A DNA stretch of 63,840 nucleotides, filler included, from Chiloscyllium plagiosum (GCF_004010195.1; 4 parts of one record of this genome joined end to end with filler, not necessarily neighbours in it); one strand, 5' to 3'. Shown: positions 1-13,103, counted from the whole stretch's first letter. Numbers and translations are program-made. The notes: generated from the letters alone by a model not told the origin.

Positions 1-982
1 CAGCTTTTTATAATATATATTAATGATATAGAAGATGGTATTAATAGTAACATTAGCAAATTTGCTGATGATACTAGGCTGGGTGGCAGGGTGAAATGTG
101 ATGAGGATGTTTGGAGATTACAGGGTGACCTGGACAAGTTAGGTGAGTGATGCATGGCAGATGCAGTTTAATGTGGATAAATGTATGGTTATCCACTTTG
201 GTGGCAAGAACAGGAAGGCAGATTACTACCTAAATGGAATCAATTTAGGTAAAGGGGCAATACAGAGAGATCTGGGTGTTCTTGTACACCAGTCAATGAA
301 GGTAAGCATGCAGGTACAGCAGGTAGTAAAGAAGGCTAATAGCATGCTGGCCTTCATAACAAGAGGGATTGAGTATAGAAGCAAAGAGGTTCTTCTGCAA
401 CTGTACAGGGCCCTGGTGAGACCACATCTGGAGTACTGTGTGCAGTTCTGGTCTCCAAATTTGAGGAAAGACATTCTGGCTATTGAGGGAGTGCAGCGTA
501 GGTTCATGAGGTCAATTCCCCTGGAATGGTGGGATTACCTTACAATGAAAGACTGGAGCGACTGGGCTTGTACACCCTTGAGTTTAGAAGACTGAGAGGG
601 GATCTAATTGGACATATAACATTATTAAAGGATTGGACACTCTGGCAGTAGGAAACATATTTCCGCTGATGGTTGAGTGCCGAACCAGAGGACACAGCTT
701 AAATACATGGGGTAGACCATTTAGGACAGAAATGAGGAGAAACTTCTTCACGCAGAGAGTGGTGGTTGTGTGGAATGCTCTGCCCCAGAGGGCAGTGGAG
801 GCCCAATCTCTGGATTCATTTAAGGAAGAGTTGGATAGAGCTCTCAAGGATTGTGGAATCAAGGGTTATGGAGATAAGCAGGAACAGGATACTGATTAAG
901 GGTGATCAGCCATGATCATATTGAAAAGTGGTGCAGGCTCGAAGGGCAGAATGGCCTACTCCTGCACCTATTGTCTATTGTC
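1..982 (+). mobile_element. CR1-clade LINE 3' end (RT C-terminus, 3' UTR, TATTGTC tail); runs off window start
   Basis: Reads YINDIEDG..SKFADDT, then WQMQFNVDKC, LYRALVRPHLEYCVQFWSP and FFTQRVV. Frameshifted. Ends cctactcctgcacctattgtctattgtc. Confidence 0.93.
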
Positions 983-3385
983 GAAAGTTCTTACCAATAC
1001 CGTCAAAATTGACCTTTCTCCAATGTAGAACTTCAACTTTTACATCTGGTCTATCCTTTTCCATCACTGCTTTAAAACTAATAAAATTATGGTGCTGGCC
1101 CCAAAGTGTTCCCCCACTGACACCTCAGTCACCTGCCCTGCCTTATTTCCCAAGAGTTGGTTAGGTTTTGCACCTTCTCTAGTTGGTACATCCACATACT
1201 GAATCAGAAAAAAATTCTTGTCCACATTTAACAAATTCCCCTCCATCTAAACCCTTAACACTATGGTAGTCCCAGTCTATGTTTGGAAAGTTAAAATTCC
1301 CTACTATAACCACTCTATTATTTTTACAGATAACTGAGATCTCCTTACAAATTTGTTTCTCAATTTCCCTCTATTAGTGGAGGGAAAATAGTAGACTATT
1401 AGTGGATCTATAATACAATCCCAAGAAGGTGATCATCCCTTTCTTATTTCTCAGTTCCAACCAAATAACTTCTCTGGATTTATTTCTGGGAATATCTTCC
1501 CTCAGTACAGCTGTAATGCTATTCCTTATCAAAAACACCACTCCCCCTTCTCTCTTGCCTCCCTTTCTGTCCTTCCTGTAGCATTTGTATTCTGTAACAT
1601 TAAGCTGCCAGTCCTGTCCATCCTTGAGCCACGTTTCTGTACTTGTTATGATATCCCAGTCCCATGTTCCTAACCATGCCCTGAGTTCTTCTGCCTTCCC
1701 TCTTAGACCTCTTGCATTGAAATAAATGCAGTTTAATTTATCAGTCCTATCTTATTCTCTGCTTTGCCCCTGCCTGCCCTGACTGTTTGACTTGTCTTTG
1801 TTCGCAACTGCACCAGTCTCAGATTGATCTTTTTCCACACTATCTCCCTGGGTCCCAACCACCTTCCCCACCCACCAACCTTACTAGTTTAAATCCTTCG
1901 GAGCTGCTCTCACAAAACTCCCTGCCAGTATATTAGTCCGCTTCCAATTTAGGTGCAATCCGTCCTTGTTGTACAGGTCACCTCCACTCCAGAAGAGCTT
2001 CCAACGATCCAAAAATGTGAATCCTTCTGCCATACACCATCTCCTCAGCCATGCATTAGTCTGCTCTATCCTCCTATTCCTGCCTCACTAACTCGTAGTA
2101 CTGGGAGTAATCCAGATATTACTACTCTTGAGGACCTCCATTTTAAATTCCTGCCTATCTCTTTGTAATCTCTCTTTAGAATCTCAAACTTTTGCCTTCC
2201 TATGTACGCATTGGAACCAATGACAATGACTTCCTGCTGGCCCCTCTCCCCCTTGAGAACATTCTGCACCCTCTCTGAGACATAGTTGATCCTGGCACCA
2301 GGGAAGCAACACACCATTCTGATTTTTCGCTGCTGGCCACAGAAACATCTGTCTGTAACTTGGACTAGAGAGTCCCCTAACATAATCAATCTCTTGGAAC
2401 CCGATGTACCCCTCATTGCATTACAGCCAGTCTCGATACCAGAAACCTGGCTGTTCGTGCTACATTCCCCTGAGAATCCATCACCCCCTACATTTTCCAA
2501 ATCAGCATACTTGTTTGAAGTGGGCATAGCCACAGAAGACTCCTGCCTACCTCTCTTACCTTTCCTGGAGTTAACTCATCAGTGTGACTATCTGTGACTT
2601 TTCCCCCCTTCCTATAACTGCCATTCACCACATCCCCTTGTGCTTGTAAATTCCTCATTGAATGGATTGGTTGGAGAGACAGTTAGAGGCAATCTCATAG
2701 GATTCATAACCAATGGCATTTATTGCAAATATAATCTTCAGTAACCCATAAACTCTCCAGGAACTCCCACATTGGACAAGAAGAGCATATCACCCTACTA
2801 AAGGCCATTTTTGCTTCTTTCAATCTACAGATCCAGAAAATAGCACTGTCTTATTCCTCTACAAAAAAACTGCTCCAGGTTAAATTAATACTTATGGCTT
2901 ATATTATAAGTTTAATCAAGAGACATATCTCAATAAAACATATAATCAAGAAAGAACCCACTCTACTCACGACTCCAGACTTAATGTAAGGCCACACTTT
3001 ATCTGTTTCTGTGCTGTGACCTCTCTCAAACAGGTTCTTCCAAGATCAGTTGTGCATTTTACTGTTAGTTAATTTTTCCAGATGCACTCCGATGTCTAGT
3101 AATACATGAATAAAAACAGCAAAGGCAGTAACTATTCAGGTTCACTGCTCTGTCAATTAGCAATGTGGGTTTCTTTTTCTCTCTCCTGCACTGACCTCAC
3201 CATCTGCTTCCTTTGTCTGTTCCTCTCCCTTTTAAAAGTGCTGTTGTTTTGACTTTTTTTCTCCAAAGTTTCAAAACAATGAAACAGCATATAAAACAGT
3301 AATTCCTGCTACTGCAATTTGAGAAAATCACTTCCAGCACCTAAAATACCTCAAAAAAAAGGAGCAGCTGTTACAGCCAGAAATT
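983..3385 (-). mobile_element. CR1 (HER1-like) LINE 5' part: 5' UTR, ORF1 (Cys-finger + SGNH/GDSL esterase-like) and ORF2 endonuclease region
   Basis: ORF1 ATG at 2808 (MAFSRVICSSCPMWE..ICNKC), then GDSLV..VCCFPGARI. APE motif QYVDVPTREGA. Same family as the + copy at 48310-51714. Multiple stops. Confidence 0.9.
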
Positions 3386-3589
3386 GTACTTTTTTTAAAA
3401 AACTACAGGAAGTAGTTAGAATTCCAACTATAATGTTCTTACTGATTTCTGGATGAAAATGTACATCATCCCTAAATGGCAAGGAAATGGCCATAGAAAC
3501 CTCTCACATTCAAACTATTAGACACACCACGTTACCCCCAGGTCATTTAATTTCTTGCAGGTCAGCAGAGCAAATTAACTTTTTAATAT

Positions 3590-4892
3590 CATGGGACAAG
3601 TCTGCCAGGGAAATTAGAGATGCCCACATTAAAGAGTAGTTTATAATAGAGGACTTACACTAGCAATATCCCATTCAATATTTGGGAAAGTAATGGGGCA
3701 GTAAGGGATTATGTTCAAGAGAATTTTCAACCTCAGTATGTGTCCAGACCAACTAAAGATGCATTGTTGGACTTGGTTTTTGGCAATGAGGTGGGTCAAG
3801 TGGAGCAAGTGTCAGTGGAAGAACATTTAGGAATTAGTGGTCATTGTCATTCTCCAAGATCATTCTAAAGCTTACAATGGTCAGTTCAGAGTAAAAAAAA
3901 TTAATCAGCAGTGAGAGTGAACTTCAGTGGCGCAAGAATGGAACTGGGCATGAAAGATTGGCAGGAAAAACCGTAATGGAGCATTAGGCTACTTATTTAA
4001 AGATGAGGTGGTTCAGACACCTTTCCCTTGAGACAATATACTTTGATTGTAAGACCAAAAAGTCCAGAGCTCCATGGATGACAAAGGAAATCAAAATAAA
4101 GAAGAAAAGATTTGCTTGTGATGTGTGGGAAATACAATTGAAAACCAAAAGGATTTGGCTGGCAAGTGAAAAAAGAATAGTAGAGGAGTGAAGAGAAATT
4201 GAGACAGTGTGGTAGACAACATAAGGGGCAACCCTAAAGTCTTCCATAGGTATATAAACAGCAAAGAGTGGTAAAAGGAAGAGTAAGGCTGATGGGGACT
4301 CAAAAAGAAGATTTGCACATGGAAGCTAGGGCTATGGTTGAAGTATTAAATGAAAAACTTTGCATCTGCCTTGTCTGTATCAAGGAGTTAGATGCTACCC
4401 AGGCCATGGTGATAGAGGAGGAAACTCTGTCACTATAAAGGTTCAAATTGATGAGCAAGAAATGTTGGATAGATCGTTGATTTGTAAATCAGGACTGAAT
4501 AAGATGCATCCAAGGAAATTATAGGGGCACTAACTACAACCTTTCAGTTTTCCCTAGACTCTGAATATGCCAGAAGACTGGAGAATTGCAAACATCACAC
4601 TCTTGTTCAAAAAGAATGTAAGGATAAGACCAGCAATTACAGATAAGTCAGTTTAACTTCTTCGCTAACAGTGAAGCTTCTAACAACAATTATTCGGTAT
4701 AGAGTTAATAGTCACATGAAAAATGGTGAATGATTAGGTAAAGCCAGGATTTCCAAAGAAGAAATTGCACTAAACTAACTTGCTGGAGGTTTTTTTTTGA
4801 AGAGATAATGGGGATGGTTGCTGAGGGTAATGCTGTTAATGTGGTGTACATGGAATTCCAGAAGATGTTCAACTCAATGCTACACAATAGAT
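3590..4892 (+). mobile_element. Old, heavily decayed CR1 ORF2 fragment (left part; resumes at ~10845)
   Basis: Degenerate APE-to-RT motifs (RAPWMTKEI, DWRIANITLLFKK, VVYMEFQK). Breaks at the FDKVPHNRL-equivalent position. Confidence 0.8.
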
Positions 4893-5031
4893 ACAGAAAG
4901 CAGGGAGTGGGGATAAAAGGGTCCTTCTCAGGATGGCGGCCAGTGACAAAGTGGTGTTCCACAAGGTTTGGTGTTGGGACCACAACTTTTCACTTTATAC
5001 ATTAACGATCTAGATGAAGGAACTCGTGGCA
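4893..5031 (+). mobile_element. CR1 RT fragment, left of the L1 insertion
   Basis: VGIKGSFSGWRPVT..FTLYINDLDEGT, continuing at 9940 as ..IMAKFADDT. Confidence 0.85.
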
Positions 5032-5429
5032 CTTTTTTTTATACAAATATTTTTATTGAGAAGTTTTTAAAAATCTTTTACAAAACATTTATATATAAAG
5101 AAAAAGTATAACACCATCAAAACAGAAAGAAAAGTTGTACAAAAAACAAGGCCATAGCATAGTACCATTGTTAATAAACATCCCACTATTCTACCAAAAC
5201 AAACATATCTACTTAACTAAAACTAAACTAAAAATATATTAAATAAATACTAGTTTAAGCTACATTCAAATTACTTAAATTAAATAATATCTCACTACTT
5301 TATTCTATCTTATTCATTACACCTCCACTGAGGCTCCCATCCCTGGGTGTACCACCTACAGTATCCATATTCTTTTCCTTCCATCTCCTCCTCCCAGGGC
5401 CCCACGGGCACCCATAAAGATTCCCACAG

Positions 5430-8390
5430 CTATCCCACGGCCCTGACTAATGTTGCTGATAAGTCAGCGTCAATATAATTTAGAAAGGGCCACCACATCC
5501 GATAAAACTGTTCCATTTTGTGGTGCACCATATTTGTGAGGTAATCTTGGGGGAAATGGTCCATCACCAGCTTACGCTACCCCACAAGACCTGGTGGTTT
5601 TTCTGACGTCCAATTCACTAGAGTGTTCTTCCTCGCGCAATGGATAAGATGGTACACAGTCTCTTCCCGTGGTACCCCAAAGAGGACAAATTTGGTAACC
5701 CCAAAAGAAGAATTACTGGATCCATGTTAATTTCAATCCCGAACTCCCTTACTATAGCACACCAGTATCTCTGGATCGTACAACCTAACCGGTAGCAGTG
5801 TGTAAGAGTGCCTATACTAATGTTACATTTGGGACATTCTGGTGACGCTCCTCTTTAAACTTAGCTAGCCTCTCTGGTGCCATATGAGCCCTGTGTAAGA
5901 TCTTCAACAGCCTGTGCCTGTTACATACTGAAATTTTCCTTATGATCCCCCAGATGTCTTCCCATATCTCCGGTAAAATGTCCTGTCCTGACTCTCAGTT
6001 CCACGCCTTACAAAATCCTTCCATATCCCCCAGAGCGTGACCTTTCTGTAAATGATAGAAAGTAGTAAGTGAAAGAGTACCCGTACACCGGAGTATTCTT
6101 TTTTCCTCGTCTGATTTATAACACTGGCTCAAGAACGTGGTCTTCCTTTTCTGATGTTTGGAAGTATCGGAAAAGGTCCCTATTGGACAATCCATATTTC
6201 TGACTTAACTGACTAAATTGACATCAAGGTCTCTCCCTCGAATAAATCTCCCAAACATAGAATTCCCTTGTTATCCCATGTCTTAAAACTGGAGTCCATT
6301 CTCAGATTGACCAAGAATAAAAGGACATTGTCAGCATATAGGGTGATCTTACGCTCCGCCATTCCCACCTTTGGCGCTATTATTTCAGGATCCCTCCTAA
6401 TTGAACCGTTAGCCAAAACTATCGCCAAGGTAAATAGCAGCAGTGATGAAGGACACCCCTGAAGACTACCTCTTCTAATATTAAAATTACTTGACTCAAC
6501 ACCATTTTGTAATAACTGCCACCTTAGGACCATTATACAGTACTGCTACCCATCTGGCAAAGGATTCCCCCCTCACCCCAAACCAAAAAATTCTAGAACC
6601 TCAAATAGATACGGCCATTGTATCCGATCAAAGGCCTTTTCTGCATCTAAGGAGACCACCAACCCCGGAATCAATCTTTGCTGACATACCTGTACTATAT
6701 TCAGTACTCTCCTAATATTGTTAGAGGAACTGCGGCCCTTAACAAAACCTGTCTGGTCTTCTTTTATAATATGGGGCAAGACCTTCTCCAACCTCAGAGC
6801 CAACATCTTCAATAAAATTTTGAAATCTACATTCAACAGCGAGATTGGTCTACATGAAGCCCATTCTGCGGGGTCCTTCCCTTTCTTTTAAATGAGGGAG
6901 AGATTAGCCTCCCTAAGAGAAGGCGGAAGACAATCCTGTGTATAAGAATATTTGTACATCCCCAGTAGTGGTTCCACTAACATGTTTATGAATTCCTTAT
7001 AGAAGTCAGTTGGGAATCCATCTGGCCCCGGTGCTTTGCCACCCTGGAGATGTCTTATTGCTTCCTGCACTTCCTGTACAATTAGAGATGCATTCCAAAG
7101 GCAAGCCTGCTCCTTACTTACATTGGGGAGGTCCAGATTTTCAAAGGACCATATTCCCATTGTACTGTGTTCGCTCCCATCCAACCGATATAGCGCAACA
7201 AAATATTCCCTAAACCTAGCATTGATCTTTTTCAATTCACAAGTAATCGTACCAGTCTTTTCCCTAACAGAGATAATAGATTGGGAGGCTTTTTTCCTCC
7301 TAGTCAAATAAGCCAGATATCTCCCAGGCTTATCTCGGAATTCAAACAATCTTTGTTTAGCAAAGGAGACCTCTTTTTTGGTCACTTCTGTGTGTTGAGC
7401 CAAGAGCAGCCTGGAGAGCTGTGACCCGCTGAAGCTTAACCAATGACGGTTTATTATAATATGTTTTCTCAGCTACCTTCAGTCGGTCCTCTAGCATCCG
7501 CTGTTGCTCCTCCCTATGAAATAACCAGACCTCGTAAATATGCCTTAGTGGTCTCCTAAAGTATTGCCGGATTACTAGCCGTACCTGAATTAATGTTCCA
7601 ATAGGTCCTAAATTCTCTTGTAATATATTCAATAAATTTACTATCCCCTAACAAAAATGAACCCATGCGCCAGTGATGTGTATTCGCTCCACTACCCTTA
7701 GCTTTAACATCTAAATATTCTGGTGCATGATCCAAAACAGCGATATTCCCTATTTTACTCGCCAAAATTCTGTCCAGACCATCAGTTGGCATAAAAAACA
7801 TATTAACTTGTGTATGACATTAGTGTGGATTGGACTAGAACGTGAAATCACTTCCATTGGGGTGGAGGTACCTCCACACATGCACTAGTCCCAACTCATC
7901 GCACATGTCCACCAACTGTTCAGACTGTGTGGGCGTACCTGCTAGGCCTTTTGGCACCCTGTTAACCTCTGGATTAGGTGATTGAAATCCCCTCCTATAA
8001 TCATATGGCAAATCCCAAGATTCAATAGTTTTGCCATTGCATCAATTAAAAATTTAAGAGGGTGCGCCGGGGGACAATTTGCATTCAAAATACCGTATTC
8101 TTCTCCATGTATTAGGGCTTTCAAAATAATAAATCTTCCATGATCATCCTTTATCTGCTCCGTTACCTGGAAGGGGAGGTTCCTGCTTATCAGTATAGCC
8201 ACCCCTCTACTCTTAGAACTGAAGGATGAAAAATAAAACACCCTGTCATAACCTCCCTGCTGCAGTTTCAGATGTTCCAGGGCAATAACCACCCTTTCCT
8301 TCCTGAGTTCCACAAGACCTTCTTTCTTTTAATACGAGAATGGCTCCCTTTTATATTCCAGGTGCACCACCTGAACAAATCACTAGCCAT
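5430..8390 (-). pseudogene. L1 ORF2p (APE endonuclease, RT, C-terminal Cys-rich region), disrupted and internally deleted
   Basis: Start MASDLFRWCTWNIKG. Motifs RGVAILI, IIGGDFN, GKAPGPDGFPTDFYK, SLDAEKAFDRIQW, RGSLQGCP and LYADN, plus a CPKC..TLTHC knuckle. Ends ..WWPFLNYID..VG*. Confidence 0.9.
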
Positions 8391-8970
8391 GGTCATCTAG
8401 GACAGCCCATGGTTTCCCAGAAGGAGGGAACTTATCTGAGGCGTGACTAGTTACAAAGATACTAACTCTATGAGATCTAAAACCTACTCTTATAAAAACT
8501 ACAACTAAAAAAAACATTACATTTAACTGAAACAAACATCCAAATAATCCCCAATTCACTTGAGATCTTCCTCCCTGCCCATAGGGGGCACCCCTCCCAA
8601 ACCTTATTGCTATCTTGACTCTCTCCAGCTGAGGCCATGCCCTAGCCCCAGGCAATTCACAAATAAAGAAAACTTGTTATTTACATTCTGAAACAATGGA
8701 TACCAGCCCCCCCCCCAACTCATCTTAACCACAAATATAGCCATCCCAAATATAAGATCAAAAAGACAGCAGTAAAAAAAACCTAGATAATACCTAGCCG
8801 ACCAATATATAAAATAGTTCCAATTTTACAACAAAACTGTATGTGTACAACCAATAACCACAAAAAAAAGAGGGAAAAGGAGGAGAGGGAAGTAGAAAGG
8901 GGGTAATAAGAAAAAGAACCCCCAAACCAATGTCCGCAATAATGCCCCCTCCCCTCCCATCTCAGGTCAT

Positions 8971-9796
8971 TCATTTCAGAGACTTCACAAAGTCTTTCAC
9001 CTTTCCTGCAGAGTCAAAGTTATATACCGCCCCCCATGGGCGATATGCAACATGGCCGGTACCTCATGGAGTATTGGATGTTCAGGTCCCTTAATTCTTT
9101 TTTATCATCATCAGATGTCTTTCTCCTCTTAAACAGGGCTCCTAAAAACTCTTGAAAGAACATTCTCTTTGAATCTTTATACATTAAGGTTTGTGAATTC
9201 CTTCCCAATCTTCTTGCTGTTTCCATTATTAACGGTTTTTCTTTATAATACAGGAGCTGCAATAGGACCGCACAGGGGCGCTGTTCCAGCCTGGACCTGC
9301 GTGTTGCGATCCGGTGGGCCTGCTCCATGCTTTCCAGGCCCGACTCCAACTCTAACTGTAGAAACTTCAGGAGCCATCCCTGCAGGAAGCCAACAAGTGC
9401 CTTCCTCGCACTCCCGGAGGCCCACATTTTTCCTTCTATTCTTGTTTTCTAGATCATCGATTTGATCCTGAAGGACCCGAAGCTGGTCTTCCAGCACTCA
9501 AGTCCTTCCTCCCGAGACCTCTGACAGGGTCTCCGATGCCGCAGTCCTTTCCTCCACTACTTCCAGTCTTCGTTCCAGGAGATGGATTTCTTGCTCATGC
9601 TTTTTTAGCATGGCAGACAGTGGCTCTACTGCAGCTTGAATCCACCCTCGGAGTTTAACAAGCTCTGAGAGTAAGTGCTGATGGCCTGCTGGATCCGGTG
9701 GGCCCATCCCAGGAGACTGAGTACTGGCTGCAGGGACCATCGACGCAGTAGGGGAATGCCCTGTCCGCTGTCCTCCTTTCCTTTACCGGACTTCAT
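8971..9796 (-). pseudogene. L1 ORF1p (coiled coil + RRM/CTD), frameshifted
   Basis: LQDQIDDLENKNRRKNV, QAHRI, AVLLQLLYYKEK and ..FDSAGKVKDFVKSLK* lie in several frames. Confidence 0.85.
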
Positions 9797-9916
9797 CCTG
9801 GCCTTAAAGGTATCTCAGGTGATTTCAGCAGCTCCAAATAATCAGTGAGCTTAAAGTGATACTTTTTTCTTGCCTAGGGGTATGGCACAGAGCCCAGTTC
9901 AGCGACCACTCAGACT

Positions 9917-9928
9917 GCCGCCATTTTG
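9917..9928 (-). promoter_or_regulatory. YY1 consensus site (CAAAATGGCGGC) at ~+12 of the L1 5' end
   Basis: The + strand reads gccgccattttg immediately inside the L1 5' boundary. Confidence 0.65.
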
Positions 9929-9939
9929 GATCTCATCCT

Positions 9940-10842
9940 GAACTCAGGGCATTATGGCTAAGTTTGCAGATGATACAAACATAGGTGAAGGGACACATAG
10001 TATTGAGGAGGCAGGGATGCTGCAAAAGGATTTGGGCACGTTAGAAGAGTGGGCAAAGAAGTGGCAAATGGAATACAACAGGGGAAAGTGTGGGGTCATG
10101 CACTTTTGTAGGAAAAATACAGACATGCAATATTTTCTAAATGGGGAGAAAATTAGAAGTCTGAAATGCAAAGGGACTTGGGAGTTCTAGTCCAGATAAA
10201 CTTGCAGATTGAGTCAGTAGTTAAGAATGCAAATGTAATGATGGCATTATTTTGAATATAAAAGCAGGGATTATACTTGTGAGGCTCTAAGGCTCTGGTC
10301 AGAGCACATTTGGAGTACTGTGCACAGTTTTGGGCCCCATATCTCAGGAAGGACGTATTTGCCTAGGAGTGTGTTCAGAGGAAGTTCACAAGGACGATTC
10401 CAGGAATGAAAAGATTAACGTATGAGGAACATTTGAGGACTCTGGGTCTATACTTGAGAGTTTAGAGGGATGAGGAGGGATCTAATTGAAACATACAGAA
10501 TACTGAATGGCCTGGACAAGAGTGGGTTTTGGGAAGATGTTTCCATTGGTAGGAGAGACTAGGACCCAAAGGCACAGCCTGAGAGTAAAAGGAAGACCTT
10601 TTAGAATGGAGATGAGAAACTTTTTCAGCCAGAGTGTGGTGAATCTATGGAATTCATTACCACAGAAGACTGTGGAGGCCAGGTCATTGAGTATATTTAA
10701 GACTGAGATAGATCTGTTTTTGAGTATGAAGGGGATCAAGGCTTACCGGGAGAAAGCAGGAGAATGAGGTTGGGATGGTTGAATGGTGGAGCAAACTCTG
10801 GGCTGAATGGCCAAATTTCTGCTCCTATGTCTTGTGGTCTTA
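9940..10842 (+). mobile_element. CR1 RT C-terminus and 3' tail (continuation of 4893-5031)
   Basis: AKFADDT..WAKKWQMEYN and FFSQSVVNLWNSLPQ. Tail ctgctcctatgtcttgtggtctta. Confidence 0.88.
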
Positions 10843-10844
10843 TA

Positions 10845-11292
10845 TGGGTTATTGCACATGGAATAAAAGGAAAAGTACCAATTTGGGTATTGAATTGGCT
10901 GAGAGGTAGAAAACAGAGTAATAGTCAACTTGATTGTTTTTGGGCTGGAATAAGTTTTTTTGTCATGGAGTTTACCAGAGGTTGGTATTGGGACTGTTGC
11001 TTTTCCTGATATATATTAATGATCTAGCTTTTGGTGGGCAGGAGACTATTTCAAAGTTTATGGATGATACAAAATTTGGAAGTATTGTAAATGTGAGGAG
11101 GACCTAATAGAACTTCATAAGGACATAATTAAGTTGGTGAAGTGAGTAGATGCACATTTTAGGAAGAGCAGACATTCCAAATAAGAGAATATAATGCTAA
11201 AGGGGTGAAGGGACTGAGGAATCTCAGTGTATGTGTGTTCAGATCATTGAAGGTAGCAGGACAGGACAATTATTAATGCATCAGTATCCTGG
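10845..11292 (+). mobile_element. Old CR1 RT fragment (continuation of 3590-4892)
   Basis: VIAHGIKGKVPIWVLNWLRGRKQ..IYINDL..SKFMDDTK. Confidence 0.78.
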
Positions 11293-11294
11293 GT

Positions 11295-11850
11295 CAAAAT
11301 GTGTGGCTCTGGAAAAGCACAGCAGGTCAGGCAGCATCTGAGGAGCAGGAGAATCGGCATTTCAGGCATAAGCCCTTCATCAGAAATGTAGTGTGTGTAT
11401 GTGTGGGGGGGTGCTGACAGCTAAATAGGAGGGTGGAGTGGGGTTGGTGGGAGGTAGCTGGGAAAGCAATAGGTAGATGCAGGTGGGGCAGTGATAGATG
11501 GGAAGGAAGATAGATAGGTAGGAGAGTTCAAGAGGGCGGTGCCGAGTTAGAGGGTTGGAGCGGTATGAGGTGGGGCGAGGGGAGATGAGGAAGCCGGTAA
11601 AATCAACATTGATGCTGTGTGGTTGGAGGGTCCCAAGATGGAAGATGAGGCATTCTTCCTCAAGGCATTGGGTGGCTTGTATTTGGTGGTGGAAGAGGTC
11701 CAGACCGACTTGCATGACCTGAGCAGAGTGGGAGGGGGAGTTGAAGTTATCAGCCACAGGGTGGTAGGGCTGTTTGGTGAGTGTGTACCAGAGATGTTCT
11801 CTGTAACGTTCCGCGAGTTGGCATCCTGTCTCCCCATTGTAGAGGAGATC
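11295..11850 (-). mobile_element. Penelope-like element (Neptune-type) 3' part: GIY-YIG endonuclease remnant and degenerate hammerhead
   Basis: LLYNGETGCQLAERYREH..HPVADNFN..LGTLQPHSINVDF. Tail ctgatgaagggcttatgcctgaaatgcc..gatgctgcctgacctgctgtgc. Confidence 0.85.
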
Positions 11851-12859
11851 ACTTCTGTGATTTTGTGTCCCCAAGAATCTACCCTTGGCCACAAGTCACC
11901 TAATTATTTTAATATTTTGCTATATGTTATTATTTTATAAGTTTGCGAGTCTTGAAGGTTTTGATTCCATCTTGGAAAAATACTGACCTCTACATTTTCA
12001 TGAGGCCAGCTACTTATTAATGGCGTACATTGGCTGTGATTGCAGTATGTAAAAAAAAAGAATCGGGCAGGACTCAGAAATGTTGGATCCCAGCCCAACA
12101 TTTTAAAGTCAAGTAATCTGTTGTGTAATAGCATGGATCTATTTGCTCTCCAACAGAGCAAGAATGAACATATAGAAACAACTAATAAAAGATTTCTCAA
12201 AAAAAATTTTACACTCAACCCAAACAAAAAAATGAAGAATATTTTCACAAAGTATAATATATATATTTTGCTACTGTAAGGCAAAAGTCATTTTTATTGT
12301 AACATTTCAATCAAATAATTTTAAAAATGTATTGAATTTATCATTTTGTTAGCAGTTATTTTACATTTTAACTCAAAAGTAAACATCGAAAACATGTATA
12401 GGAAGGCACAGCAAATTGAACTGTCAATTGTTAATTAGGAATAGGAAAAAATAGAACCAACACACTATAATGGACTCCAGGGTCAGCAAACATGCCCAAT
12501 TTTTAAACCTTGTTTCAATTACAAAGGAAATCTAAAAGAGACCTCGAGTAATGTACATTATTGTCAATAATAAAAAAATCAAAAGCAGCTGTTAGGATTC
12601 CAGAACCTCATGATTGGGAAAGGTTCATATTGGTGCATGTGAACTTCTGGAACAATAATTCATAAGTTTTCTCTCAGCAAACAGTAAAAATACAGAAAAT
12701 CAAATGAGTGCATGAGGGACACTGCATGGCAGATTTCACAATTGTACAGAGTCAGAATTAATTTCCCTCTATCCATGCCCCCTCTGTCAGCATCACATAT
12801 GGCTTGTGATTTCTGAGTTCCACCCAGATAGACTCTGATAGAAGTTCAACCATGAGAAT

Positions 12860-13103
12860 TTCTAGAAGCCTGCCATTCTATCCGGAACTTCATCAATAAA
12901 CACATTGATTTGGACACCACCTACCATCTCCACTGACAAAAAGAACTGGAAGTGATATCACCCACCTTAAGAAACCAAGACACAAATCGAAAGCAAGACA
13001 TCACACCGGCGCTTCATCAGAGGCTGACTGACGATGTTACCTAGTGTGGTGAAGACATGTCTGAAAACAAACTTTCCAGCTTAGCGAGCAAACTTACAAC
13101 CAA
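12860..13103 (+). mobile_element. Penelope/Poseidon-type PLE 3' remnant with degenerate hammerhead (13028-13061)
   Basis: EFLEACHS..INKHIDLD, then ctgacgatgttacc..ggtgaagacatgtc. Matches 22560-22840. Confidence 0.8.

Larger units (their letters stand above)
5032..9939 (-). mobile_element. Near full-length L1-clade LINE (5' UTR, ORF1, ORF2, A-rich tail), defective
   Basis: Poly(T) on + at 5033. Imperfect 12-bp TSD gaactcgtggca (5020-5031) / gaactcagggca (9940-9951). Recognisable ORF1 and ORF2 motifs. Confidence 0.92.

Noticed and set aside
2066..2533. GDSL/SGNH esterase-like ORF as a cellular enzyme (also 48302-48679, 56000-56254)
   Set aside because: This is the known esterase domain of CR1 ORF1p, embedded in disrupted LINE copies.
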